DNA of 64,000 bases from an uncultured Roseobacter sp. GTDB taxonomy: Bacteria > Pseudomonadota > Alphaproteobacteria > Rhodobacterales > Rhodobacteraceae. The translations under genes and the position numbers were made by a program. Positions 44,990 through 54,541 of this stretch are shown in pieces (within the stretch, counting starts at the first letter, position 1; every line of letters begins with the position of its first letter). The stretch covers positions 10,302 to 74,301 of the forward strand of contig NZ_CANLNE010000007.1 of assembly GCF_947492555.1 (NCBI RefSeq), in the 5' to 3' direction. The notes below the pieces were generated by a model. That model saw only the letters and a program-made list of their open reading frames with translations. It did not search any database and had not been told where the DNA came from.

Positions 44990-46255
44990 TCACGCCGCCA
45001 TCTCACTCAGCCGACCGAAGAAGCTACGCTCCAGATGCAGCTCCCCTGCCCCGGCCTTTTCGACCATGCCCCGCAGATATCCGCCCGGCGAGTTGACCTC
45101 GCCTGAATGGACCTTCTCGAAGACCAAGGCAAATGCAGCCGCAGCGGCGGGTTTGCCCATCTGCTCCTGTGCGGCGATCCAGGCATGTTCCGAAATGCCG
45201 ATCATCGGCCGCAACTCACCGGCGACCCGCACGAAATCGCGCCAATCACGGATGTAGCCGCCCAGATTGCGCCCCCAGGAGGTGAATTCCGGGCAGGCTT
45301 GCAATATCGTTCCCAACTCGATCCCGACCTGCGGTCTGTTCGCCTCCCCTGCCCCACTGTCCGACGCTGTCCGTGCCACAGGCGCTGGCGTTGCCGGTCC
45401 GGGCGGTTCGGCTGCCGCTTCCTCATTTTCTGAGGAATTACGAATTACAGGATGAAGTTTTTTTGTAATTGGTATGTGAGGTCCGGAACTGACCTCCCTG
45501 GGGTCCATATTTCCTCTTTCTTCGGTCATCTCTGCGCTTTGACCCACAGGTTTTGCCTCCCGCAGAAACACCTTCTCGACCCGCGACAGCAGATCAGCGA
45601 AGCGACCAACCAGTCGCTGAAGCATGTCGGCCCCCGCACGCGGGCCTGGCAGACACGTCAGAAGCGCCTCAAAGGCCTGTTGCAGGCTCCGGAGCCCCGG
45701 CATGTGTTCCTGGCACTCCAGCGCCGCCTCGAGACGCGCCCGGATACTGCGCCGGGCAATTGTGATCTGACGCCGAAGACGCTGGCAGAGCGCCCGCTCC
45801 GCTGCCAGATCAGCCGCCAGTGCCTCGAACTCCGCGGCCCGGGCGCTCAAGGGGGCGAGATCGAACCCGTAGGCCTCGAGAATCACACCATCGGCATCGC
45901 GGCGGCCCCAGCGTTTGCCATTCGGGCTGTCCCGGAAGGTGATCACGCCGACCTCCGCCAGGCGCCGGGCGTGGCGTTTGAGCGTCGACAGGGAAAACCC
46001 GGTCCGCTCCATCAGATAGGCGTTCGACGCCCAGACGATGGGCCGTCGCCCCTCTTCCCAATCCTGGGGCTGGGTAAAGGCCGCAAGCGTATCGAGCAGC
46101 AGAAGATCCGCCGCTTTCAGCCCGATATGGGCCCCCACACGTTTCGCCGCGACAACACTGCGTGTCTTGGCAATGGAAATCTGTTCGCCGTCTCGGGCCA
46201 GCTGATCCGCGGTCCCGAGAGCCGGCGTCGGCTTGCGCCAACCGCTCTGTGTCAT
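44990..46255 (-). CDS. repC: repABC replication initiator RepC
   Basis: IVWASNAYL, DSPNGKRWGRR, YGFDLAPL, SPGGYLRGM; AT-rich internal stretch near 45425-45485 consistent with the intragenic origin. Confidence 0.95.
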   Translation of the reverse strand: MTQSGWRKPTPALGTADQLARDGEQISIAKTRSVVAAKRVGAHIGLKAADLLLLDTLAAFTQPQDWEEGRRPIVWASNAYLMERTGFSLSTLKRHARRLAEVGVITFRDSPNGKRWGRRDADGVILEAYGFDLAPLSARAAEFEALAADLAAERALCQRLRRQITIARRSIRARLEAALECQEHMPGLRSLQQAFEALLTCLPGPRAGADMLQRLVGRFADLLSRVEKVFLREAKPVGQSAEMTEERGNMDPREVSSGPHIPITKKLHPVIRNSSENEEAAAEPPGPATPAPVARTASDSGAGEANRPQVGIELGTILQACPEFTSWGRNLGGYIRDWRDFVRVAGELRPMIGISEHAWIAAQEQMGKPAAAAAFALVFEKVHSGEVNSPGGYLRGMVEKAGAGELHLERSFFGRLSEMAA

Positions 46256-46355
46256 GCCTGTATCTCACCTCCGGTTTTGTGGAGGCAAAAGAGTCCCGTG
46301 CGCCAAAACGACGTTCTTTCGTTGACAGTGATTCGCGGGAGCGGTATCCAGAAGG

Positions 46356-46411
46356 TGTCTAATCTATTTGGATAAGCTCTCGGGCCGGATCGGCTTGGGG
46401 GCTTTTCTTTT
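46356..46411 (+). ncRNA. repABC counter-transcribed antisense RNA (ctRNA); ends approximate
   Basis: TTGACA (46322)-N17-TATCCA promoter antisense to repC; hairpin 46374-46404 followed by a T-run; canonical repB-repC position. Confidence 0.8.
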
Positions 46412-46419
46412 GCCTCAGG

Positions 46420-47415
46420 TCATGATGTCGATGTCTCCTCCGATTGAGACAGATACTCCGCATAGAGCTGGTCGAGGTTCTCCGAGAGAAACTCTCCAAA
46501 GCCTGCGGAATCCTTGGATGTCAGCGAGATGGTATAGGCGCGGCCCGCGCGTCCGATGACGCCCTTGATCCGGCCCTCTCCGGCGGTCCAGGTGCGCTTG
46601 GCCGGGGTGGCTTTCGCCGCCCGGCGCCGGGGTGCCCTGCCCGCCTCGGTCACCTTGCTGTGCAGAATTTCGAACTTTGTGTCGCTATCGAGCTGGTCAA
46701 ACCCCTCCGTGGCCAGGATACGGTCGGCCACCGTGACATTGCTTTTGACTGCCATCAGCTTCTTGAAATCTTCCCAACGGTCGCGCCCGATCTGCTTGGC
46801 GGGTCCGATCGCGGCGATGACATGGCCGGGCACCGTCCCCGCGACCGACAGCATGCGAGACAAGAGCGTCCCGTCGATGGTCAGCGCCTGCTGGATCACC
46901 TCCTTGGCCTGGCCGAGATCATGCAGGTTCCTGGCAAAAAGCGCCTTCTCGATGAAGGAAAGATCGGCCCGGGCCGTGTTCTCCTGGCCCTGCGCCAGCA
47001 CATGGGCGACATCGTCCATCTCCTTGACCACGGCGCGGACCGGCCGTCCGAGCGCCCGCGCGACACGCACCCGGCGATGCCCGAAGACGACCATGTAGCG
47101 ATTAGCGGCCTCCGGATGCGGCCTGAGCAGGACCGGCGTGTCCTGCCCGCTTGATGCGATCGAGGCTTTCAACTCATCGAAGGCCTCGTCATCACCGCTG
47201 AGCCGGTCATTGACGAAGGAGGCATCGATCAGGGCGGGATCGATCTCGACGATGGTTTCGCCTTCGAGGAGGCGCTTAGAGTTTTCGGCGAGACTGTCGA
47301 TCGAGACCTTCATGGACTTCGAAGCACCCCGCATCGCATAGCTCGAGCGGCCCCCATCGACCGGCGGGTCGGTCGGCTGCCCGATCACGGATTTCAACAG
47401 GTCTTTTCTGGCCAT
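46420..47415 (-). CDS. repB: plasmid partitioning protein RepB (ParB family)
   Basis: GQDTPVLLRP, VVFGHRRVR, GQENTARADLSFIEKA. Confidence 0.95.
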   Translation of the reverse strand: MARKDLLKSVIGQPTDPPVDGGRSSYAMRGASKSMKVSIDSLAENSKRLLEGETIVEIDPALIDASFVNDRLSGDDEAFDELKASIASSGQDTPVLLRPHPEAANRYMVVFGHRRVRVARALGRPVRAVVKEMDDVAHVLAQGQENTARADLSFIEKALFARNLHDLGQAKEVIQQALTIDGTLLSRMLSVAGTVPGHVIAAIGPAKQIGRDRWEDFKKLMAVKSNVTVADRILATEGFDQLDSDTKFEILHSKVTEAGRAPRRRAAKATPAKRTWTAGEGRIKGVIGRAGRAYTISLTSKDSAGFGEFLSENLDQLYAEYLSQSEETSTS

Positions 47416-47448
47416 GATGCCCTCCTTTCCGGCGCACGGCGCCCCCTG

Positions 47449-47487
47449 TCTGCACGGCTGTCAAAACGCATCTGCACGGCTGTCAAA
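47449..47487. repeat. tandem parS-like sites between repA and repB
   Basis: TCTGCACGGCTGTCAAA at 47449-47465 and 47471-47487. Confidence 0.75.
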
Positions 47488-47488
47488 C

Positions 47489-48706
47489 TCATGGGCCTTC
47501 TCGCCCCCAGGCTTGATGCACGAGACCGGCGATCTCGTCGTTGACGGCATTCAGAGAGGTGATCGCGCGGTCATAGGTCGACCGCACGAACTGCGCCCGC
47601 TCGACCTCGTAAAGCGTCTGCTTGGTGATCCCGGCATCCGAGATCGCCGTCGATTTCACCATCTGCGCTTCGAGCATCTGGTTGGGAAACATTGCCTGCA
47701 GGAAGCCGACCATCTGCTTTTGCGGCCCATCGGTGGGTTCGAACCGCGTGACGAGATAGCGGAACCATTTGAGCCGCATCTCGGCCCCTGCTTCGCGGAT
47801 GGTGCGCAGGATACCGCCCAGCATCAGGAGGAACTGGCTCATCGACATCACGTCGAGCATCTGGGGATGCACGGTGATCAGCACCGAACTCGAGGCTGTC
47901 AGCGCCGTTAGGGTCAGATATCCAAGCTGGGGCGGGCAATCGATCACCACTACGTCGTAGCGATCTTCGACCTCTTCCAGCGCTTTTGAGATGCGCGTGA
48001 AGAAGGCGCGGCCTTCGGACGGGTCACGGCTCGTGAGGGCCACCGGCGTGTCGTATTCGTATTCCTGAAGATCGAGGCTGGCTGGGACGATATCCAGGTT
48101 CGGGAAATTCGTGGGCCGGATCACCGCGCTGATCGGCTGGCGCTCGGCGTCATAGCGCAGGGTCTCGTAAAGCGAGGAAACAGAGTCTAATTCAGGCTGA
48201 ATCCCGTGCAATGCGGTGAGCGAGGCCTGGGGATCGAGATCGACCGCCAGCACCCGATGGCCCTTGAGTGCCAGGTGCTGCGCCAGATGGGCAGCGGTCG
48301 TTGTCTTGCCGCTGCCCCCCTTGAAGTTGACGACGGAGATGACATGCAGCTCTTCGCCTTCGGTGCGGTGGGGCAGGTAACGCCGCTTGCCCGGACGGCC
48401 ATGGGCATCGAGATAGGCGCGCAGCTCCAGCATTTGTGCTGCGGAATAGGATCGCCGCCCAGAGGCCGAGGTTTGTGGCTCCGGCCCTTTGCCCTCCAGA
48501 TGAAGCTTCTTGATCGTCGACTGCGTGACGCCGAGGAAATAGGCCACCTCGGCGAGAGAAAACTGCCGCAGACCCTTCTGGGCATCGGGGGGGTATTGTT
48601 CCTGACGCAAGATATTGAGTCGGTCGGAAATCAGTTCTCCTTGCTGGAGAATGATTTCATCGAAGGCCAACTCGCCTGTATCTTGCCGGAATGGTGCTGT
48701 CGCCAT
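47489..48706 (-). CDS. repA: plasmid partitioning ATPase RepA (ParA family)
   Basis: NFKGGSGKTT, DLDPQASL, IDCPPQLGYLT, KSTAISDAG. Confidence 0.96.
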   Translation of the reverse strand: MATAPFRQDTGELAFDEIILQQGELISDRLNILRQEQYPPDAQKGLRQFSLAEVAYFLGVTQSTIKKLHLEGKGPEPQTSASGRRSYSAAQMLELRAYLDAHGRPGKRRYLPHRTEGEELHVISVVNFKGGSGKTTTAAHLAQHLALKGHRVLAVDLDPQASLTALHGIQPELDSVSSLYETLRYDAERQPISAVIRPTNFPNLDIVPASLDLQEYEYDTPVALTSRDPSEGRAFFTRISKALEEVEDRYDVVVIDCPPQLGYLTLTALTASSSVLITVHPQMLDVMSMSQFLLMLGGILRTIREAGAEMRLKWFRYLVTRFEPTDGPQKQMVGFLQAMFPNQMLEAQMVKSTAISDAGITKQTLYEVERAQFVRSTYDRAITSLNAVNDEIAGLVHQAWGREGP

Positions 48707-48975
48707 CCTGCCGCCTCGCCTAATATCGCTTTTATCGCGATTTCTTTCGTTAAACTGTGACTACAGCGGAAGTGGGTTATCCACAACGATTTTTTCAGCG
48801 GGCGGCAAAGCACTGCCGGATCATGGCAGAGATCGGGGAGACCACAAGACACCGCAGATAGGGCAAAAGGGACCGCTATATCTGGTAGGGTGCAATACCG
48901 GTCCAGTCCTTACGTCTTTGCGCAGAAGGCGGCGGAATTACTATAATTTATTGTTTTTAATAATCTTTCCCGATT

Positions 48976-48990
48976 TGCACGGCTGTCAAA
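48976..48990. repeat. third parS-like copy upstream of repA
   Basis: TGCACGGCTGTCAAA identical to the core of the repA-repB copies. Confidence 0.7.
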
Positions 48991-49221
48991 AAAGGCAAAT
49001 CACGATCCGAGCATATGGGCCGTGGCGCCAGATGGCAGTTGCCTGCGACCACCCGTGCAGGCTTGCGCCACAATCACGGTCGTCCGCACGGAGCGCACCG
49101 GGGTCTCGCTCGGAGGACCCCGGCAAGAAACACCCCCAGCCCACCCATTGGAGAGAATCGGGCCCCGATTCCCAGGCCCAAGCCCGGGTGGGTTGGCCGG
49201 GAGTCCCGGCCAACCGCGGGC

Positions 49222-49560
49222 TCACGCGGCCTCTTTCGGGCCCCAGGGGATCACCGCCTGCAGGGTCGGGTCGTCCTGATGCGCCGCCTGGCCGAGATTG
49301 GCATTGAACCCGTAGTCCCGGATCGTCAGCGTGAAATAGTCCGCGCCGGTCTCCCGGTTCTGTTTGCGCCAGATGCCGCCGCATTCGACGAGACGGCCGC
49401 GGGGCGAGCGGCCGAGCACCCGGTGGGTGGGTGCCATCGGATTGTCGCTGGTCACGGGTTCCACGGAGATGTCGAGATCGAAGGTCAGGGTCGAGATCGA
49501 CCCGGTGCCTTTGGCGGTGCCGATCTCGGCGGCGTCAAATTTGATGCAGTTCGGTGTCAT
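49222..49560 (-). CDS. DUF736 family protein
   Basis: GTGSISTLTFDLDI, APTHRV, ECGGIWRK, YFTLTI; real start at ATG 49560 with AAGGAG RBS. Confidence 0.85.
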   Translation of the reverse strand: MTPNCIKFDAAEIGTAKGTGSISTLTFDLDISVEPVTSDNPMAPTHRVLGRSPRGRLVECGGIWRKQNRETGADYFTLTIRDYGFNANLGQAAHQDDPTLQAVIPWGPKEAA

Positions 49561-50331
49561 TGCGTGTCTCCTTGTCTGGTGTTGCAATGCCGGTGACCAA
49601 AGCAGGGAGCCCTGGGGCAGCACCGCAGGCGCAGCGCAGCGGAGAAGGGCAGGGGGGCGCACTTTTTGACCCGCGCGGAATGCCCGGCACGGGCAGGGGA
49701 AAAAGACGGGCCCCAACCTTTGCGGCTCCCAGGGTGCCCTGCCACCGGCAACGCTCAGCAACACCGGTCGGAGACGGGCCGGACCCCCGGACAACAACAG
49801 GTGCCCGCCACGATCAGCGCCAATGGCTTGGACAAGATCTGCGCCTCGGCAACGCATGTCGCCGGAACGCAAGGACAGCACGCCATCCCGCCTCTCGCCC
49901 GGGAACTTGCTAGCCTGGCTCCGGCACCGGTCATCGCCATGGGCCCGATGCCGCAAACCTTGGAGGCCGCTGCACTCAGGCTTAGCGCCAAGGCGATCCC
50001 GTGAGATATCAATCAGGGTTTCGGCACAGGTCGCAGCGGGCAGGCCACCTGTCTCAGCGCCATGCCCGGCGCGCGGGGTGCGACGCTCCCGCCCCGCCTC
50101 ATGGGCCACCGGGGCGATCCACTGGCTGCAACGGCACGCCCCGGAGCTGCCGCAAGTGGCCACTCCACGCCCAACGGGCCTGACGACCCCCACTGAGTGT
50201 TTCCCCGGCACCTCCCGTCGCGCAGCGACCCCCGCGCGGGCAGCGCCGGTCCGGCGGCGGGGCAGGGGGCATTCCTCTGCCCCGCCGCCGGACAATTTTG
50301 GGCCATCCCGTACCCGTGCTGGCCGGAGCAC

Positions 50332-50357
50332 AAAAAAGACCCCGCCGGAGCGGGGCC
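50332..50357 (-). terminator. intrinsic terminator after the ParB-like gene
   Basis: Minus strand GGCCCCGC-tccg-GCGGGGTC followed by TTTTTT. Confidence 0.7.
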
Positions 50358-50382
50358 AGGTGGTCTTCCCACGAAGGAAGGC

Positions 50383-52239
50383 TCAGAGACAATCCGGGAC
50401 CCAGATCGCCAGCTTGTCTTTCTGCTCTGAGGTCAGCCCCATGAGTTTCTGCGTGGTCGCATCGCCGATCAGCTTTTCCAGCTTCTCGGCCTTCTCCGCC
50501 TTCTTGAGTTTGCCGAAGGCCACCACACGCGCGTCGCGGGTATCGCAGTCGAGAAAGGTGCAGAGAAGGTCGGTCAGCACCCCGGCGGAGACGCGCGAAA
50601 AGAAATTCTCCGCCGTGGGCGTCCAGTGGGCTCGAATATCGGCCTTGGCCTCGGCGGCGATGGCTGCAAAGAAACCTTCGGACCCGGCCTGATCCGGCAG
50701 GGCGCGCGCGAAAGCTTCGGTGAGGACCGCGTTGCGGGCCTTCTTGCCGCTGGCCCGAAAGGCGGCGAAGGCCTCCTCCAGATCATCGACGCGGGTGCCG
50801 GTCTGCCAACCAGTGGTCGGGTCGAGACCGTGATCAAGCCGCGGCTCGTGGTCAAACCCATCCTCGATGCTCGGGACGTTGTTGGGACGTCCGAGGCGCA
50901 GATCAAAGAGGCTTTCGAACGACCCGGAGGCTTCCGACAGGCCGAAGGCCAGAAGATCGAGCACAAGGTCCGGCTTGGCCAGAAGGGCCGATTGCACTGC
51001 CGCCAGCCGGATCGCTTGCATGTCGGTCCTCAGTTTCTGGGAGTAGGGCGATTTCGGCGCGGGGGCAGGGCGGTCGGGGGCTGTAAGAACGCCCGCCGCG
51101 AGGGCCACGTCCTTGTCCTCGGGGCGCACCAGACCGGCGGTGATCTCCACCTTACCCGATTGATTTACAAGGATAAGACAACCCGAGACGCGCTTCTGGT
51201 CGTCGGTGTATGAGCCGTCGAGAGTGGCCTGCAGATCGGCCAGTCGCGCCTCACCGTCCGCGTCGAGCACACCCGCCTCGCACATCTCGGCCAGCCGGTC
51301 GTAATCCTCGGCCTCCGCGTCGCTCAGATCGCCCTCGACCGGGTAGAGACGTGTCAGCTTGGCTTGGTCGATTTCATAGTAGTTGAGCCATGGCTCGCGC
51401 TTGGCCTCGGCCCAGAGCCAGCCCGCATCTGCCACCAGCGCGGCACGCGCCGCCTCGAGCCGTTCGTCAAAGAGGTCATCCAGCAGAGCCGGATCGGTGA
51501 AATAGACCGCCTGCGAAAACAGGTCCCGCGTAATCGCACCGCCTGCGGCCTCATAGGCCTCTTGGCCGACAAAGAGCGCGCGGCGGTCACTGCCGGTCAC
51601 CGCTTCGGGGGTGAGCGCGGATTTCAGTTGCGCCTCCGAGATCGGCTGCCCCTTGATCTGCTCGAGAAGCGTGAGCGACAGCGCCGCATCCTGCGACAGG
51701 GTGAAGGCCTTGGCCGCGCCGAGGGTGATCTCGCCTGCGGCAAGCGCGTCAATGACCGGAGCGGGCAAGGCGGCAAGGGCCAACCGCTGGTAGACCCGGG
51801 CCTCGCTGGTGGCGAAGGCCAGCGCGATATCGGGCACCGTCGCGCCCTTGGCCGTCATTGCACCGAAGGCGCGGATTTCATCCGCAGGGGTCAGGGCTTC
51901 ACGCGCGGCATTTTCGGCATTGGCCCAGATGGCGGCTTCCTCGGCATCCTCGGTGATGCGCACCGGGACGGTGACCGGGGCAGGGGTTTCGGCCTCGGCG
52001 GCGATCTTCTGCAATGCCCGCAGGCGGCATCCGCCCGCGACGATTTCGACGCGGCCTTTCTTTGTGCGCAGGCCTGCAAGGTTCTGGATCAGTCCGAAGC
52101 GGGCGATACTGGCCGCCAGCGTATCGATATGGACATCCGAGACGCTCTTGCGCGGATTGAGGTCCGAGAGCGTGAGGGCGTCGAGCGGCACCAGTTCGAT
52201 GCTGCCCGTGTCGGTGAGGATCGGGTCTTGCTTGGTCAT
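50383..52239 (-). CDS. large ParB/Spo0J N-terminal-domain protein of the plasmid leading region
   Basis: LSDLNPRK, GLIQNL, VAGGCRLRAL, ENAAREALTPADE; second Gly of the usual GGRR motif followed by C. Confidence 0.88.
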   Translation of the reverse strand: MTKQDPILTDTGSIELVPLDALTLSDLNPRKSVSDVHIDTLAASIARFGLIQNLAGLRTKKGRVEIVAGGCRLRALQKIAAEAETPAPVTVPVRITEDAEEAAIWANAENAAREALTPADEIRAFGAMTAKGATVPDIALAFATSEARVYQRLALAALPAPVIDALAAGEITLGAAKAFTLSQDAALSLTLLEQIKGQPISEAQLKSALTPEAVTGSDRRALFVGQEAYEAAGGAITRDLFSQAVYFTDPALLDDLFDERLEAARAALVADAGWLWAEAKREPWLNYYEIDQAKLTRLYPVEGDLSDAEAEDYDRLAEMCEAGVLDADGEARLADLQATLDGSYTDDQKRVSGCLILVNQSGKVEITAGLVRPEDKDVALAAGVLTAPDRPAPAPKSPYSQKLRTDMQAIRLAAVQSALLAKPDLVLDLLAFGLSEASGSFESLFDLRLGRPNNVPSIEDGFDHEPRLDHGLDPTTGWQTGTRVDDLEEAFAAFRASGKKARNAVLTEAFARALPDQAGSEGFFAAIAAEAKADIRAHWTPTAENFFSRVSAGVLTDLLCTFLDCDTRDARVVAFGKLKKAEKAEKLEKLIGDATTQKLMGLTSEQKDKLAIWVPDCL

Positions 52240-52374
52240 GGGGAAGTCTCCTTGAGTTTGTGGGTGGGATGTGGCGCCTACCGCGCCGTGGCGGCGCAGG
52301 AGGACGATGGAAGGGGAATAGCAGGGGAGAAGGCCCCCAAAAGACGCTCAGGGCGTCTCTGAGGCGCTGTCGGG

Positions 52375-52743
52375 TTACCACCAGCAGGAATAGACCACGG
52401 TCGATCCGGCCTGCATTTCGGCCCGCGCCCAAGCGCAGAAGTCCAGGTCGTAGGTGCGGCAGTCGGCAGCCTGTTCGTCCTGGAACTGGTGGCCGTAGAA
52501 AAAGCCGCCCTCGCATTGGGGCAGGGTGCCGTCGGTGACGGCCCGTTCCAGGCGGTCGATGTCCTCCGGCGCGAGGATCAACTCGCCGCAGTTGAGGTCG
52601 CTGGCCGAGAGGCCGGTGCGGGCGACATAGAGGGTTTCCATGAATGTCTGCAGCTTGGAATGCTTGCGCCAGACAAAGGCGGGCACTTCCCCTTCGTCTC
52701 CGCTTTCGGGTGTCTTGAGATAGGCATATTGATCGAGGCCCAT
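52375..52743 (-). CDS. conserved MGE/phage-type hypothetical protein (122 aa)
   Basis: AAGGAG RBS; MGLDQY..WRKHSKLQTFM..GFFYG..VVYSCWW pattern. Confidence 0.78.
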   Translation of the reverse strand: MGLDQYAYLKTPESGDEGEVPAFVWRKHSKLQTFMETLYVARTGLSASDLNCGELILAPEDIDRLERAVTDGTLPQCEGGFFYGHQFQDEQAADCRTYDLDFCAWARAEMQAGSTVVYSCWW

Positions 52744-53272
52744 GGTCTCGCTCCTTTCCTTCGTGGTTGGCGCGGCATGGGTTTCTTGTGCATTGGCCCA
52801 TTGTCCGCCTTGGGCGCGGGCCATCCCTGTCTCTGACGTTCGGAAGACCCCCGCGTCTTCCGAAGGGCAGAGCAGGGAAGGGCACAGCCCGACCTGCGGC
52901 CGGGCGGCGGCGGGACACAGGGGGCCGAAGCGGTGAAATCGGGAGGGACCCGGCGGCATCAGCCGACGGGAGGCACCGGATTTCTCCGGCGGAGGCTGAC
53001 GCGCCAGCGGCACCCGAGCCCCTGTTGGCGCCGTCGTTCGGATGTCAGGCGGAGGAAAAATGCAAAACCGTCGGGGGTGCCAAAGCAGAGCGGCGGCACC
53101 CCCGACGATTGACCGCGTGATCGCGGGCAGGCCCGCGATTGCCTTTGTCTTGTGCCCGAAGGATCGTTACCCGGAAGGGCGGAGACAGTATTGGCTCCGG
53201 GGCATCTTGTGCCCTAGAGCCTGCCCAGCCGTGCGGTTGGCGGGCCAGTCAAGATGACAACGCCGCATGCGC

Positions 53273-53830
53273 CTAACCGAGCGTCAGCACCATGTTGTCG
53301 GACAGGGCCAGAGGTGGAATGTGCAGGTTCTCCGGCGCAGGCCCTTTGCGAATACGACCCGCGGTATCGTAGTGCGACCCGTGGCAGGGACAGAACCACC
53401 CTCCAAAATCGCCCGCGCCATCGCCAAGCGGGACACATCCCAAATGCGTGCAGACACCGATCATCACCAGATAGGCGTCATGGCCCGGAATGGCCCGGTT
53501 CTCATCCTGCGCTGTGGCCTCGCCGGGAAGATTGGGATTGCGCGCATCGGTGTCCGGCAAGGTGGAGACCGCCTCTTCACGCGCCTGGGCCATCTCCGCT
53601 TGCGTCCGGTGGCGAATGAAGACGGGCTTTCCGCGCCAATTGACGGTCAGTTGGGTGCCTTCCGCGAGCCCGGAGATATCCACCGAGATCGTCGCCAGGG
53701 CGCGCACATCCGCCGATGGGTTCATTTGATTGATCAGCGGCCAGAGCGCCGCACCGGACGCGACCACGCCCGCGCCAGCAGTGGCATAATACAGGAAATC
53801 TCTGCGTTCAGTGTCGTCGGTGGCATCCAT
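53273..53830 (-). CDS. Rieske [2Fe-2S] protein, PetA-like, without petB/petC
   Basis: Tat motif RRDFLYY, MNPSADV, CTHLGC, CPCHGS, GPAPENL. Confidence 0.92.
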   Translation of the reverse strand: MDATDDTERRDFLYYATAGAGVVASGAALWPLINQMNPSADVRALATISVDISGLAEGTQLTVNWRGKPVFIRHRTQAEMAQAREEAVSTLPDTDARNPNLPGEATAQDENRAIPGHDAYLVMIGVCTHLGCVPLGDGAGDFGGWFCPCHGSHYDTAGRIRKGPAPENLHIPPLALSDNMVLTLG

Positions 53831-53938
53831 AGCACAGCGAGTGTGCAACCTTCCCGCCCCGGAACGTCAACGCGGGTTTTGTAATGTTTTGTCTGCAACC
53901 CGGGGGCTGGCGGAGGGAAACTGTGGCGGATCTTCAGC

Positions 53939-54463
53939 TCAATGGTGGGGCGGTTCGCCTTTTGCCATCATGAGGTGATGCTCCTGGTGATGCGCGCCGA
54001 TGGTCATCAGCCCGAAGAACCCAAGACCCTGTATCTGGTCGGAATCGCCATCGACGAGGAGGGCAACACCATCCCCGAGATCCTCTGTCGTGACCTCCCA
54101 ACCCGTCTCGGCAGCCAGGAACGGCGCATGGGCAGGCACCATGGAGCGAATGGCCTCGAGAACGCGCGGTGCTCCGCGGATTTCGAACCGGATACCGGCG
54201 GGCCGCACACTGCGGGTAACCTCGGCCTCCATCGTCACAAGCTCCATGTCCACCAGATGTCGCCTGAGAGCTGCGATATCGACATTTGCCCAATCGGTAG
54301 CGGGATCGGCGCGTAGGAGCGCCACGATCTCGGCCATGGCGGCAAAGGCAGATTGCCCGGTTTCCTGCGGACCCGGCATCGCATGCCCGGTCGCGGAATG
54401 GCTGTGCTGGGCCGCGACGGGTCCAGACAATGACAGGGCAAGCAGGAGAGCAACAAGGCGCAT
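53939..54463 (-). CDS. exported His/Met-rich hypothetical protein (probable metal binding)
   Basis: Signal peptide ending AAQ; HSHSATGHAM, HLVDM, GAHHQEHHLMM. Confidence 0.78.
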   Translation of the reverse strand: MRLVALLLALSLSGPVAAQHSHSATGHAMPGPQETGQSAFAAMAEIVALLRADPATDWANVDIAALRRHLVDMELVTMEAEVTRSVRPAGIRFEIRGAPRVLEAIRSMVPAHAPFLAAETGWEVTTEDLGDGVALLVDGDSDQIQGLGFFGLMTIGAHHQEHHLMMAKGEPPHH

Positions 54464-54523
54464 GGGGGGATCCTTTTGAACGGCACGATACCCGTTTTTC
54501 GTAGCACGCAGGCCTGCTCTGGA

Positions 54524-54541
54524 ATATGATTTCAATCATAT
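54524..54541. promoter_or_regulatory. FNR/CRP-like inverted repeat overlapping the regulator start codon
   Basis: ATATGAT-ttca-ATCATAT (TGAT-N4-ATCA core). Confidence 0.65.

Noticed and set aside
47449-47487. Direct repeats as a CRISPR mini-array or iterons
   Set aside because: Only two 17-bp copies with a 5-bp spacer, no cas genes; position fits parS.
49755-50012. Cys-rich 85-aa minus-strand ORF, possible metallothionein or peptide
   Set aside because: No convincing RBS or regular Cys pattern; Cys codons are common in alternative frames of GC-rich DNA. Left uncalled.
49561-50331. 257-codon N-terminal extension of the DUF736 ORF
   Set aside because: Arg/Gly/Pro-rich nonsense crossing a fold-back leader; a good RBS sits at ATG 49560.
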